DNA of 42,354 nt from Thermoleophilia bacterium (GTDB lineage Bacteria > Actinomycetota > Thermoleophilia > UBA2241), in NCBI GenBank assembly GCA_017882325.1, contig JADGPQ010000003.1:1-42354 (forward strand). The letters are read 5' to 3'. Shown piece by piece: positions 1 to 8,112 of this stretch. The notes under the pieces are model-generated. The model searched no databases, was not told the origin of the DNA, and saw only the letters and a program-made list of their open reading frames with translations. Made by a program: the position numbers and the translations under genes. Positions within the stretch are counted from its first letter, which is position 1; each line of letters starts with the position of its first letter.

Positions 1-2
1 CG

Positions 3-977
3 CCGGCGGCGCACGCCGCCGAGGGCGCCGCGGAGCTCGCCCCCACGACGCTGACGGTCTCCCCTGCCCTCCAGACGATCACCTATCACGGCCGGGCCAC
101 GCTGAGCGGTAGCGTCTCGGTGGCCGATGCGCAGCTCGTCCTGCTGCAGCAGCCCGCCGGGGAGACCGACTGGACTGAGCTTCAGACGCTCACCGCCGGC
201 CCCGACGGCGCTTTCAAGCTCACGGTGGCTCCGTCGGTGAACACCGACTACAAGCTCGCCTTCGCCGGCGACCCCGAGCACGATGCGGCCGAGGCGACCG
301 TCACGGTACACGTCAGGCCGCGGGTCTTGACGAACTTCCCGGTGAGCCTGTGGCTCGGCGGAGCAGTCACGCTGCGCGGCTCAGTCGCCCCCGCTCACGT
401 CGAGGGTACCGTCGTGATCGAGCGCCTCGTCGAGGGCGCCTGGCAGACGCTGGCCACGACGCCTCTTCGCGCCACATCATCGGACTTCGTCTACCGCTGG
501 ACGCCCTCGACCTTCGGGTTCTTCCATTTGCGCGCGCGTGTAGATGCCGACGCCGATCACCTCGCCGGTGCGTCGGCGGCCAGCCGCGTGATCGTGAACC
601 GGCCCAATGCGCACAAGGTACCGTACAAGTTCGAGCACTACATCGTGATCGTGGTGCACGAGTACAGGCTGTACTACTACGAGCATGGCAAGATGGTGCG
701 CGCCTTCAACGTCGCCCTGGGGCGGCCCGGGTTCCCCACCCCCATCGGCCTCTTCCACATCTATACCAAGCGGCGGCCCGGCGGCGGCGCCCTTGGAGCG
801 TGCGTCATGTTCTACCACCAGCCGGGCGGGATCGCGATCCACGGCACCGATCAGCAGTATCTGCTCAAACGCTTCCCGCGTCCTTTCTCGCACGGCTGCG
901 CGCGGATGTACAACGCTCAGGCGCTCTGGCTCTACGCTCGCTGCCCGCTCGGCACGCCGGTGCACAACTTCCGCTGA
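3..977 (+). CDS. L,D-transpeptidase (YkuD family) with N-terminal Ig-like beta-sandwich domains; 5'-truncated by the window edge
   Basis: C-terminal motifs VALG..TP.G.F and IAIHGT...SHGCARM (catalytic His/Cys). The frame is open from position 3 (PAAHAAEG..., which looks like the end of a signal peptide), so the real start lies outside the window. Confidence 0.9.
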   Translation, partial: PAAHAAEGAAELAPTTLTVSPALQTITYHGRATLSGSVSVADAQLVLLQQPAGETDWTELQTLTAGPDGAFKLTVAPSVNTDYKLAFAGDPEHDAAEATVTVHVRPRVLTNFPVSLWLGGAVTLRGSVAPAHVEGTVVIERLVEGAWQTLATTPLRATSSDFVYRWTPSTFGFFHLRARVDADADHLAGASAASRVIVNRPNAHKVPYKFEHYIVIVVHEYRLYYYEHGKMVRAFNVALGRPGFPTPIGLFHIYTKRRPGGGALGACVMFYHQPGGIAIHGTDQQYLLKRFPRPFSHGCARMYNAQALWLYARCPLGTPVHNFR

Positions 978-1134
978 CCGCCACCCCGTCGGGCTGAGGG
1001 CGCCGGGGCGGGCTGGCCTGTCGCCATTGCTGCGCCAACGACGCCCACGTGTACGGTCCGCATGCCCTCCTCCGTACACGTTCTCACCACGTCTCCGCGC
1101 GCCACGGCACCGACGAGCTCCGGCTGCTGAGATG

Positions 1135-1608
1135 CTAGAGGCCCTGCTTCGAAGGTTCGCGCCGATGCGGCGCCGGCGCATGGTCTGAATCCCACGCGAG
1201 CGCCATGCCCGGGCCGCCAGGCGGCCGTGCCGCAAAACCGTACTGCTCGTAGAAACCGGCTTTGCCCTCGGCCGCAATCAGACCGACGAACGCATCGGGC
1301 GCGTGCTCCTCCAGGTAGCGCATCACCTCGCGCAGGACGATGTCGCTGACGCCCTTGCGCTGGTGCGCCGGCGCGACGATGAAGTCCTGCAGGTAGAAGC
1401 AGACGCCGCCGACCAGACGAGCGCAGGCCACGAGGTCGGCGCCCATCGTGACGACGACGCCGAACAGCGAGGCCGCGAGTCCGCGCGCCACGGCCACGTC
1501 GTCGTCCGGAAGGTCGGCCCAGCCTACCGCCGCGTTCAGAGCGCGGAGCTCCTCTACGGTTGGCGGCCGCTCACGCACTCGATAGGGCTCCGGGTAGAGG
1601 ACCGCCAC
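1135..1608 (-). CDS. GNAT family N-acetyltransferase
   Basis: Acetyl-CoA motif A (V.PAHQRKGVS) and C-terminal GFYEQYGF. Start trimmed to the in-frame GTG at 1608, just downstream of rmlB; the exact start is uncertain. Confidence 0.85.
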   Translation of the reverse strand: MAVLYPEPYRVRERPPTVEELRALNAAVGWADLPDDDVAVARGLAASLFGVVVTMGADLVACARLVGGVCFYLQDFIVAPAHQRKGVSDIVLREVMRYLEEHAPDAFVGLIAAEGKAGFYEQYGFAARPPGGPGMALAWDSDHAPAPHRREPSKQGL

Positions 1609-1642
1609 GACGGGCAGGCGGCGAACCAGCGCCGGCGCTCCC

Positions 1643-2644
1643 TTAGCCGAGCTCCGCGTAATGCCTCTCGTAGTAGTCGCGCCACTCCCCCGACTTGATC
1701 TTGCGCCACCAATCGGGGTTGTCACGGTACCAGGAGACCGTATGCTCCAGGCCGGTCTCGAACGGTGTGGCCGGGTGCCAGCCAAGGTCCTGGAGCTTGC
1801 CGCAGTCGATGGAGTAGCGGCGGTCGTGCCCGGGGCGGTCGGTCACGAAGCGGATCAGCTCCGGGCTCTTGCCGAGCAACTCGAGGATCTGGCGAGTGAG
1901 CGTGAGGTTCTTGACTTCGTTGCCGCCGCCGATGTTGTACACCTCACCGAGGGCGCCCCCGCGAAGCACGGCGTCGATGCCGGCGCAGTTGTCGTCCACG
2001 TACAGCCAGTCGCGCACGTTAAGACCGTCGCCGTACACCGGCAGCGCCTGGTCGTCGATGGCGTTGGTGATGAACAGCGGTATGATCTTCTCCGGATACT
2101 GCCACGGCCCATAGTTGTTGGAGCTGCGGGTGACGAGGACGGGCGCCCCGAACGTGTGGTAGTACGCCAGGACGAGGAGGTCCGCGCCGGCCTTGCTGGC
2201 GGAGTACGGGCTGGACGGCGCGAGGTCTGACTCCTCGGTGAACGAGCCCGTTTCCGTGGAGCCGTACACCTCGTCGGTAGAGATCTGCACGTACCGCGCG
2301 ATCCCCAGCTCGCGCACTGCCTCGAGCAGCGTGTGCGTCCCGAGCACGTCGGTGCTGATGAAGTCCTGCGGGCCGCTGATGGAGCGGTCGACGTGCGTCT
2401 CCGCCGCGAAGTTGACCACGGCGTCGGCGCCCTGCAAAGCCCCACGCACCGCGGCGGCGTCGCAGATGTCACCTTTGACGAACGTGTAGCGGGCATCGTC
2501 CTCGATGTCGCGAAGGTTCTCGAGGTTGCCGGCGTAGGTGAGCTTGTCGAGATTGACGACCTCGAGGTCGTCGTAGCGCCGCAACATGAAGCGCACGAAG
2601 TTGGAGCCGATGAAGCCGGCGCCGCCGGTCACTACGAGCCTCAC
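1643..2644 (-). CDS. rfbB: dTDP-glucose 4,6-dehydratase
   Basis: VTGGAGFIGS, DKLTYAGN, FAAETHVDRSI, STDEVYG, YSASKA, DRPGHDRRY; AAGGAGG SD upstream of GTG. Confidence 0.97.
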   Translation of the reverse strand: MRLVVTGGAGFIGSNFVRFMLRRYDDLEVVNLDKLTYAGNLENLRDIEDDARYTFVKGDICDAAAVRGALQGADAVVNFAAETHVDRSISGPQDFISTDVLGTHTLLEAVRELGIARYVQISTDEVYGSTETGSFTEESDLAPSSPYSASKAGADLLVLAYYHTFGAPVLVTRSSNNYGPWQYPEKIIPLFITNAIDDQALPVYGDGLNVRDWLYVDDNCAGIDAVLRGGALGEVYNIGGGNEVKNLTLTRQILELLGKSPELIRFVTDRPGHDRRYSIDCGKLQDLGWHPATPFETGLEHTVSWYRDNPDWWRKIKSGEWRDYYERHYAELG

Positions 2645-2674
2645 GATGTCGCCTCCTTGTCGCGCGCCGGCCGG

Positions 2675-3517
2675 TCAGCCGAGCGGAATGAGCCTGTCGA
2701 CCGCCTCGGCCACGCCGGCCGCCCAGTGCGGCAGCCGGGGGATCGGGCGCTCGCTGGTGAGTGCCGAGAAGGCCGGCCGGGGCGCCGGCCGACCCAGCTC
2801 GGCGGTCGTGGTCGGTACCACCTCGATGTCGATGCCGGCGAGCTGCACGACCTCGCGGGCCAGCTCGCACCATGAGCAGTAGCCGCTGCCGGCCATGTGG
2901 TAGAGGCCGGGGGCGACGCCCTGGCGCAGCGCCTCGTCGACGGCTGCGGCGAGGTGGCCGGCGTAGGTGGGCGAGCCGATCTGGTCATCAACGACCGTGA
3001 GGTGCTCACCCGCTTTGGCCTTCTGGGCCGCGCCGAGGATCGTCTTGACGAAATTCTTCCCCGTGTCGCTGTAAAGCCAGGCGGTGCGCACGACGATACC
3101 CCGCACCCAGCTCAACACCTCCTCTTCGCCGGCGAGCTTAGTCCGTGCATACACGCCCAGGGGGTGGGTGCGGTCGCTCTCCACGTATGGGCTGCCCTTG
3201 GCGCCGTCGAACACGTAGTCGGTGCTGAAGTACACGACGGTCGTGTGAGTGCCGCGCACGGCCTTGATCACGTTCCGCGTGCCTTCCACGTTGACGGCCT
3301 CGGCAAGGGCGGGATCGGCCTCGGCGCCATCCACGTCGGTGTACGCCGCCGTGTGGAGGACGATGTCGGGGGCGAAGCTGTGCACGGCCGCGTGAATGGC
3401 ATCCGCGTCGCGGATGTCGAGCGCGGCCTCCTGGCTGAGGAACACCTCGCCCTCGAGCGTCTTCGCGAAGGCCGTGGCCAGCTGGCCCCCGGCGCCCGTG
3501 ACGAACCAGCGCAGCAT
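2675..3517 (-). CDS. rfbD: dTDP-4-dehydrorhamnose reductase
   Basis: VTGAGGQL, AAYTDVDGAE, STDYVFDG, YARTK, DDQIGSPT, RPAFSAL. Real start is ATG 3517; the longer ORF call overlaps rfbC. Confidence 0.95.
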   Translation of the reverse strand: MLRWFVTGAGGQLATAFAKTLEGEVFLSQEAALDIRDADAIHAAVHSFAPDIVLHTAAYTDVDGAEADPALAEAVNVEGTRNVIKAVRGTHTTVVYFSTDYVFDGAKGSPYVESDRTHPLGVYARTKLAGEEEVLSWVRGIVVRTAWLYSDTGKNFVKTILGAAQKAKAGEHLTVVDDQIGSPTYAGHLAAAVDEALRQGVAPGLYHMAGSGYCSWCELAREVVQLAGIDIEVVPTTTAELGRPAPRPAFSALTSERPIPRLPHWAAGVAEAVDRLIPLG

Positions 3518-3534
3518 CGCTTCGCCGGCTGCGC

Positions 3535-4023
3535 CTAGCGCAGCCGCACGCCCCAGTCGTATGGGATCGCGGGGGTGTCGTGCGGGAGTTCGCTCTGGTC
3601 CGGGTCGTCGTACTTGTAGACCTCGGTGGGCGCGTTGACGATGTACGCCTCCTCGGGGCTCACGCACTTCCAGCCGTGCCACACGCCGGCCGGCACGCGC
3701 ACCAGCAGCGGGTTGTGCTCGCCGAGGAAGAACTGGTCGAGCTGGCCGACGGTCGCGGAGAGCTCGTGCCCGGGCACGGCCGCGGGCCCGTCGGCGCCGC
3801 GGCCGTCGAACAGCACGAGCTTGATCATGCCTTTGACGCAGACGATGTTGTCCCACTGTTCGTCGTGCAGATGCCAGCCCTTGACGACGCCCGGAAGGGT
3901 CGTCGTCATGTAGAACTGGCCGAACTTCACGAACAGGTCGTCGTCGCTGCGCAGGCATTCCATGAGGCGACCGCGCTCGTCGGGGATCACCTTGAGCTTC
4001 TTGGTCATGACGCCGTCGATCAT
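3535..4023 (-). CDS. rfbC: dTDP-4-dehydrorhamnose 3,5-epimerase family (cupin)
   Basis: DERGRLME, PGVVKGWHLH, VPAGVWHGW; AAGGAGG SD; rml operon context. Confidence 0.9.
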   Translation of the reverse strand: MIDGVMTKKLKVIPDERGRLMECLRSDDDLFVKFGQFYMTTTLPGVVKGWHLHDEQWDNIVCVKGMIKLVLFDGRGADGPAAVPGHELSATVGQLDQFFLGEHNPLLVRVPAGVWHGWKCVSPEEAYIVNAPTEVYKYDDPDQSELPHDTPAIPYDWGVRLR

Positions 4024-4052
4024 GGTGTGGTGCCTCCTTCCCCCGCCCGCGC

Positions 4053-5114
4053 CTACAGGATGCCGATCCGACTGGAGTCGCCCACCATGAAGCGGTAGGC
4101 CACGGGCAGCGCCTCGCTGTGGGCGATCACGCAGTCGCGCCCGATGAGGCTGTCGGACATGCGCGCGCCCAGGCGACAGATGCGGCTGCTCTCGAGGATG
4201 ATTGAGTTCTCGATCTCGGCCTGCTCCACGACGACACCGTCGCTGATGGCCGTGTACGGCCCGACGAAGGTGTCGCTCAGGCGGCAGCCGGCGCCGATCA
4301 CCACGGGTCCGCGTATCGTGCAGCGCTCGATAAGACTACCTTCGCCGACCTGCACAGGGCCCTCCAGCGTGGACTCGACGACCTCGCCGCGCACGTCGCC
4401 CTCGATGGTGCTGAGGATGAGCCGGTTGGCCTCGAGCATGTCGTCGAGCTTGCCCGTGTCTTTCCACCAGCCGGTGACGATGTGCGGCTCGACGCGCAGG
4501 CCGCGGTCGATCATGTGCTGGATGGCGTCGGTGATCTCGAGCTCTCCGCGAGTGGAGGGCGTGATGGCCTTCACGCTCTCGAAGACGGCCGGCGTGAACA
4601 GGTACACGCCCACCAGCGCGAGGTCGCTGCGGGGCTCCCTGGGCTTCTCGACGAGCTGCACGACGCGCCCGTCCCGCAGCTCGGCGATGCCATAGGAGCT
4701 CGGGTCCCTGACCTTCTGCAGAAGGATGAGCGCGTCCGGCTCGCTGCGCTCGAAGTCGCGCACGAACGGCGCGATGCCCTCCTTGAGAAGGTTGTCGCCG
4801 AGGTACATGACGAAGGGGCTGTCGCCGAGGTACCCCTCGGCGATGAGCACGGCGTGCGCCAGGCCCAGTGGGGCCTCCTGCGGCAGATATGTCACCTTGA
4901 GCCCGAAGCGGCTGCCATCGCCGACGGCGGCCTCGATCTCGGCGCGCGTCTCGCCGACGACGATGCCGACATCGTCGATGCCGGCCGCGTGCATGGCCTC
5001 GAGGCCGTAGAACAGCACGGGTTTGTTGGCCACGGGGACAAGCTGCTTGGCGGAGGTGTGGGTGATGGGGCGCAGGCGCGTGCCGGCGCCGCCGCTGAGG
5101 ACGAGTCCCTTCAC
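4053..5114 (-). CDS. rfbA: Glucose-1-phosphate thymidylyltransferase, long form with C-terminal beta-helix
   Basis: LSGGAGTRLRPITHTSAKQLVPVANKP, EKP, RGELEITDA, WWKDTG; hexapeptide-like C-terminus. Confidence 0.95.
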   Translation of the reverse strand: MKGLVLSGGAGTRLRPITHTSAKQLVPVANKPVLFYGLEAMHAAGIDDVGIVVGETRAEIEAAVGDGSRFGLKVTYLPQEAPLGLAHAVLIAEGYLGDSPFVMYLGDNLLKEGIAPFVRDFERSEPDALILLQKVRDPSSYGIAELRDGRVVQLVEKPREPRSDLALVGVYLFTPAVFESVKAITPSTRGELEITDAIQHMIDRGLRVEPHIVTGWWKDTGKLDDMLEANRLILSTIEGDVRGEVVESTLEGPVQVGEGSLIERCTIRGPVVIGAGCRLSDTFVGPYTAISDGVVVEQAEIENSIILESSRICRLGARMSDSLIGRDCVIAHSEALPVAYRFMVGDSSRIGIL

Positions 5115-5139
5115 AAGCGATCCCTTCTCGGCGCCGGCC

Positions 5140-5415
5140 TCAGATAGTCTCGTCGTCGTCGAGCTCGGCGTCGCTCTCCGTGGAGAGCAGGTCGAGGACG
5201 TTGTTCTCGTCCACGGCCTTGCCGACGAACACTACGTTGGGCCCCGCCCAGAGTGTGACGCGCGCGCCCACGGGCAGCGGCAGCGCGCTCCCGCCGAGCA
5301 TGATGTTGGTGAGCGTCGAGCGCTCCACGTCGCGCAACACCTCACAGCCGTCTACGGCGAACGGCTCGGCGTCGCCGAACTGCAGACGAGGCTCTCTGCT
5401 GGCGTCGATGATCAC
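5140..5415 (-). CDS. Small hypothetical protein (91 aa, acidic tail), first gene of the rml operon
   Basis: Protein-like composition; a TGCTATACT -10 element sits 7 nt before the GTG; 25 nt gap to rfbA. Confidence 0.7.
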   Translation of the reverse strand: MIIDASREPRLQFGDAEPFAVDGCEVLRDVERSTLTNIMLGGSALPLPVGARVTLWAGPNVVFVGKAVDENNVLDLLSTESDAELDDDETI

Positions 5416-5422
5416 GCGGCGG

Positions 5423-5431
5423 AGTATAGCA
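5423..5431 (-). promoter_or_regulatory. Extended -10 element (TGCTATACT), leaderless promoter of the rml operon
   Basis: TGn-TANNNT 7 nt upstream of GTG 5415; no SD. Confidence 0.6.
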
Positions 5432-5574
5432 TCCCATGGCTCTGGCCTCCCTGCGGCATTCGTGGTTTAGTAGGAGCCAGGGTGTGGTCTACGTGTGGGG
5501 GGACCGGCTGCTCTCACTCATCGTCTCATCGTCGCCCTCGTGTGCACCGACGGGGCAGACCGGAAGGAGCGGAC

Positions 5575-7434
5575 ATGAGAGGCAAGTGGAGGCTGGGGCA
5601 CGGTCGTGCGCTCGTGATCGCAATGGCCGGACTCCTGGCCGCGGGGCTGGTGTGGGGTCTGGGCTCCGCGCTGGCCGGCAGCGAGAGCCCGTCGCCAGCC
5701 GCCGGCAAGACCGTCCTGCATCTCGGCTGGACCAACGACCCCGACAACCTGAACCCGTTCATCGGGTACGAGTCGTCGTCCTACGAGATCTGGGCGATCA
5801 ACTACGAGCTGCTCGTGGGCTTCCGTGCCAGCGACATGGCCAACGTCCCCGGCGTCGGCCTGGCGACGAAGTGGGAGACCTCGCCGGACGGCAAGGTCTG
5901 GACCTTCACGATCACCGACAAGTCCAAGTGGCAGGACGGCCAGCCCCTCACCGCGCGTGACGTGGCATTTACGTACAACTACGTCATCAATCCGGCCCAT
6001 CCGATGAGCATGTTCATCGACTACATGAAGTTCATCACCAAGGTGGAGGCCACGGACGACACGCACGTGGTGTTCACCTGCAGCAAGCCCAAGGCCAACA
6101 TGCTCGGGCTCTGGATCCCCATCCTGCCCGAGCACATCTGGAGCAAGATCAAACCGGCGGACGCCGAGAAGAGCTTCAAGAACCCGCCGCCGATCATCGG
6201 CTCCGGGCCCTTCCAGACCGTCGAAGTGAAGAAGGGCGCATTCGTGCGCCTGGTCGCCAACAAGGACTACTGGAGGGGCGCTCCCAAGGTCGACGAGGTC
6301 ATCTACCAGACGTACGAGAACCAGGACACGATGGCGCAGGACCTCAAGACCGGCGCCATCCAGTCCGGCTGGAACGTCCCGTCCGCGCAGTTCCCGACTC
6401 TGGACAAGGGGCCCGATCTGACCGGCATCCGCGCGGTCACGATCGGCTTCGACGAGCTCGGCTTCAACTGCGCCGACAAGAAGTTGTACCCGAAGTCGAC
6501 CGGCCATCCGGTGCTCACCGATCCGGCATTCCGCAGTGCCCTCCAGTGGGCCGTCGACAAGGCCAAGATCGTCTCGATCGGCTACAACGGCAACGCCGCG
6601 CCCGCCGACACGATCGTCACCCGCGGCTACTACTCGAAAGCCGCCGATTACCACTGGACGCCGCCGGTGGGCGACCCGAACACGTACGCCTTCGACCTCG
6701 AGAAGGCCAAGGCGGCGCTCGACGCCGCCGGCTACAAGGATACGAACGGCAACGGCATCCGTGAGTACAAGGGCAAGGACATCAAGCTGCGCCTGTACGC
6801 CCGCTCTGAGAGCCCCGAGAGCCAGAACTGCGGCAAGCTCCTCACCGGCTGGTTCGAGAGCATCGGCCTCGACATCAACTACCAGGTGATCGACGACGGC
6901 GCCCTCGGCGACAAGCAATACAACTACGACGGCAGCCAGTACGCTCCCGACTTCGACATGTTCATCTGGGGCTGGGGCGGCGACGTCGACCCGAACTTCA
7001 TCCTCTCGATCCTCACGACGAACTCCATCGAGGCCTGGAGCGACAGCGTCTGGTCCAATGCCGAGTACGACAAGCTGTTCCTCGAGCAGCAGTCGACCAT
7101 CGACGTGCAGAAGCGCATCGAGCTGGTCAAGCAGATGCAGCAGGTCGTCTACAAGGAGTCGCCGTACATCCCGCTGGTCTACCCGCTCGACCTCGAGGTG
7201 GCCGACACCACCAACTGGACCGGCTGGGTGCGCGCCAACCAGAACAAGGGCGCGTGGTGGTACAACACGCAGCCGGACACCTACATGGCCGTGCAGAAGG
7301 GCGCCGCGGTGGTGAGCACCACGAGCTCCAACACGGGCGTGATCGTGGCCGTCGTGGTGGCTGCGCTGGTCATCGTGCTCGCCGCCGTACTCCTGCTGCG
7401 CCGGCGCCGCGGGCGCTCGGAGGTCGAGGCCTGA
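5575..7434 (+). CDS. ABC transporter substrate-binding protein, family 5 (oligopeptide/nickel), with C-terminal membrane anchor
   Basis: Signal peptide; DPDNLNP, WTFTI...KWQDGQPLTARDVAFTY, GSGPF, FRSALQWAVDK; C-terminal hydrophobic helix then RRRRGR. AAGGAG SD before ATG 5575. Confidence 0.92.
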   Translation: MRGKWRLGHGRALVIAMAGLLAAGLVWGLGSALAGSESPSPAAGKTVLHLGWTNDPDNLNPFIGYESSSYEIWAINYELLVGFRASDMANVPGVGLATKWETSPDGKVWTFTITDKSKWQDGQPLTARDVAFTYNYVINPAHPMSMFIDYMKFITKVEATDDTHVVFTCSKPKANMLGLWIPILPEHIWSKIKPADAEKSFKNPPPIIGSGPFQTVEVKKGAFVRLVANKDYWRGAPKVDEVIYQTYENQDTMAQDLKTGAIQSGWNVPSAQFPTLDKGPDLTGIRAVTIGFDELGFNCADKKLYPKSTGHPVLTDPAFRSALQWAVDKAKIVSIGYNGNAAPADTIVTRGYYSKAADYHWTPPVGDPNTYAFDLEKAKAALDAAGYKDTNGNGIREYKGKDIKLRLYARSESPESQNCGKLLTGWFESIGLDINYQVIDDGALGDKQYNYDGSQYAPDFDMFIWGWGGDVDPNFILSILTTNSIEAWSDSVWSNAEYDKLFLEQQSTIDVQKRIELVKQMQQVVYKESPYIPLVYPLDLEVADTTNWTGWVRANQNKGAWWYNTQPDTYMAVQKGAAVVSTTSSNTGVIVAVVVAALVIVLAAVLLLRRRRGRSEVEA

Positions 7435-7491
7435 GTGCGCGCCTGACGGGCGCTGGTCATCCGGGAGGGTGGCGTGGGCTGACAAGGAAAC

Positions 7492-7521
7492 GGGCGGGTG
7501 GCGCGCATGCGCCGCCCGCCC
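7492..7521. terminator. GC-rich hairpin between convergent genes (probable bidirectional terminator)
   Basis: gggcgggtggcgc-gcat-gcgccgcccgccc: 13-bp stem with one G-U pair. Confidence 0.65.
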
Positions 7522-7531
7522 TTCTCGCGTC

Positions 7532-8035
7532 TCAGGACGCGAAGCTCAAATACGGACGCCAACTCTCGTGGATGTGGTCCACGTGCATGAAGACGAACGA
7601 TGCCGGCTCCGGCGGTCGTGGCTTGTCCTTGAGGCGCAGCCCAACCTGCTGAGGCGGGCGGTCGCCTTTCTTGCGGTTACACGGGGCGCACGAGGTGACC
7701 AGGTTGTCCCAGGTATCGGATCCGCCCTTGCAGCGCGGCACCACGTGGTCGACGGTGAGGTGACGGTCGCTGCCGCAGTACTGGCAGCGATGCCTGTCGC
7801 GGGCGAACACGGCGCGCCGCGAGATCCGCGAAGCGGCGGCGCGGCGCGGCACGTGCACGTAGTTCTGCAGGCGGATAACGTGGGGCACTTCGTAGGTGGC
7901 GCGCTCGCTGCGGAAGGCGGCGCCGGACTGCTCGAGCACCTCGGCCTTGCCCTTGAACAGCAGCACTAGGGCACGCCGCGCGCTGCACACATTGAGCGGC
8001 TCATAGGTGGTGTTGAGGACGAGCACCTTGCGCAT
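7532..8035 (-). CDS. HNH endonuclease (McrA/HNH_5-like)
   Basis: VLVLNTTYEPL N-terminus; RD.HRCQYCG, LTVDHVVPR..GG.DTWDNLVTSCAPCNRKKG. Start at ATG 8035. Confidence 0.93.
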   Translation of the reverse strand: MRKVLVLNTTYEPLNVCSARRALVLLFKGKAEVLEQSGAAFRSERATYEVPHVIRLQNYVHVPRRAAASRISRRAVFARDRHRCQYCGSDRHLTVDHVVPRCKGGSDTWDNLVTSCAPCNRKKGDRPPQQVGLRLKDKPRPPEPASFVFMHVDHIHESWRPYLSFAS

Positions 8036-8043
8036 GGCTTCCG

Positions 8044-8052
8044 ATAGTAGCA
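8044..8052 (-). promoter_or_regulatory. Extended -10 (TGCTACTAT) for the HNH gene, leaderless
   Basis: 8 nt upstream of ATG 8035; no SD. Confidence 0.5.
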
Positions 8053-8100
8053 GAAAGGCGATGGGCAGTGGCGGGCGGCGGCTCGCGCCGGGCACGGAGA

Positions 8101-8106
8101 TATACT
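8101..8106 (+). promoter_or_regulatory. -10 element (TATACT) for rarA, leaderless
   Basis: 6 nt upstream of GTG 8113. Confidence 0.55.
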
Positions 8107-8112
8107 CTGGCG

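Noticed and set aside
2675-3958. 427-aa ORF suggesting an RmlC-RmlD fusion or frameshift
   Set aside because: rfbC is complete in another frame with its own stop, and rfbD has its own ATG at 3517.
5023-5574. N-terminal extension of the solute-binding protein (803-aa ORF call)
   Set aside because: It overlaps two minus-strand genes; the SD and signal peptide point to ATG 5575.
5518-7485. Long antisense ORFs (e.g. 655 aa here; also 7966-9360, 13929-16172, 20202-21881)
   Set aside because: Shadow frames of well-supported genes, expected in high-GC DNA; no recognisable motifs.
7435-8112. HNH gene as an RNA-guided or mobile nuclease (IscB/HEARO-like)
   Set aside because: No RuvC or PLMP motifs, no room for an ncRNA, no terminal repeats; it looks like the common stand-alone HNH family.
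8036-8112. LexA/SOS box in the HNH-rarA promoter
   Set aside because: No GAAC-N4-GTTC-like palindrome.
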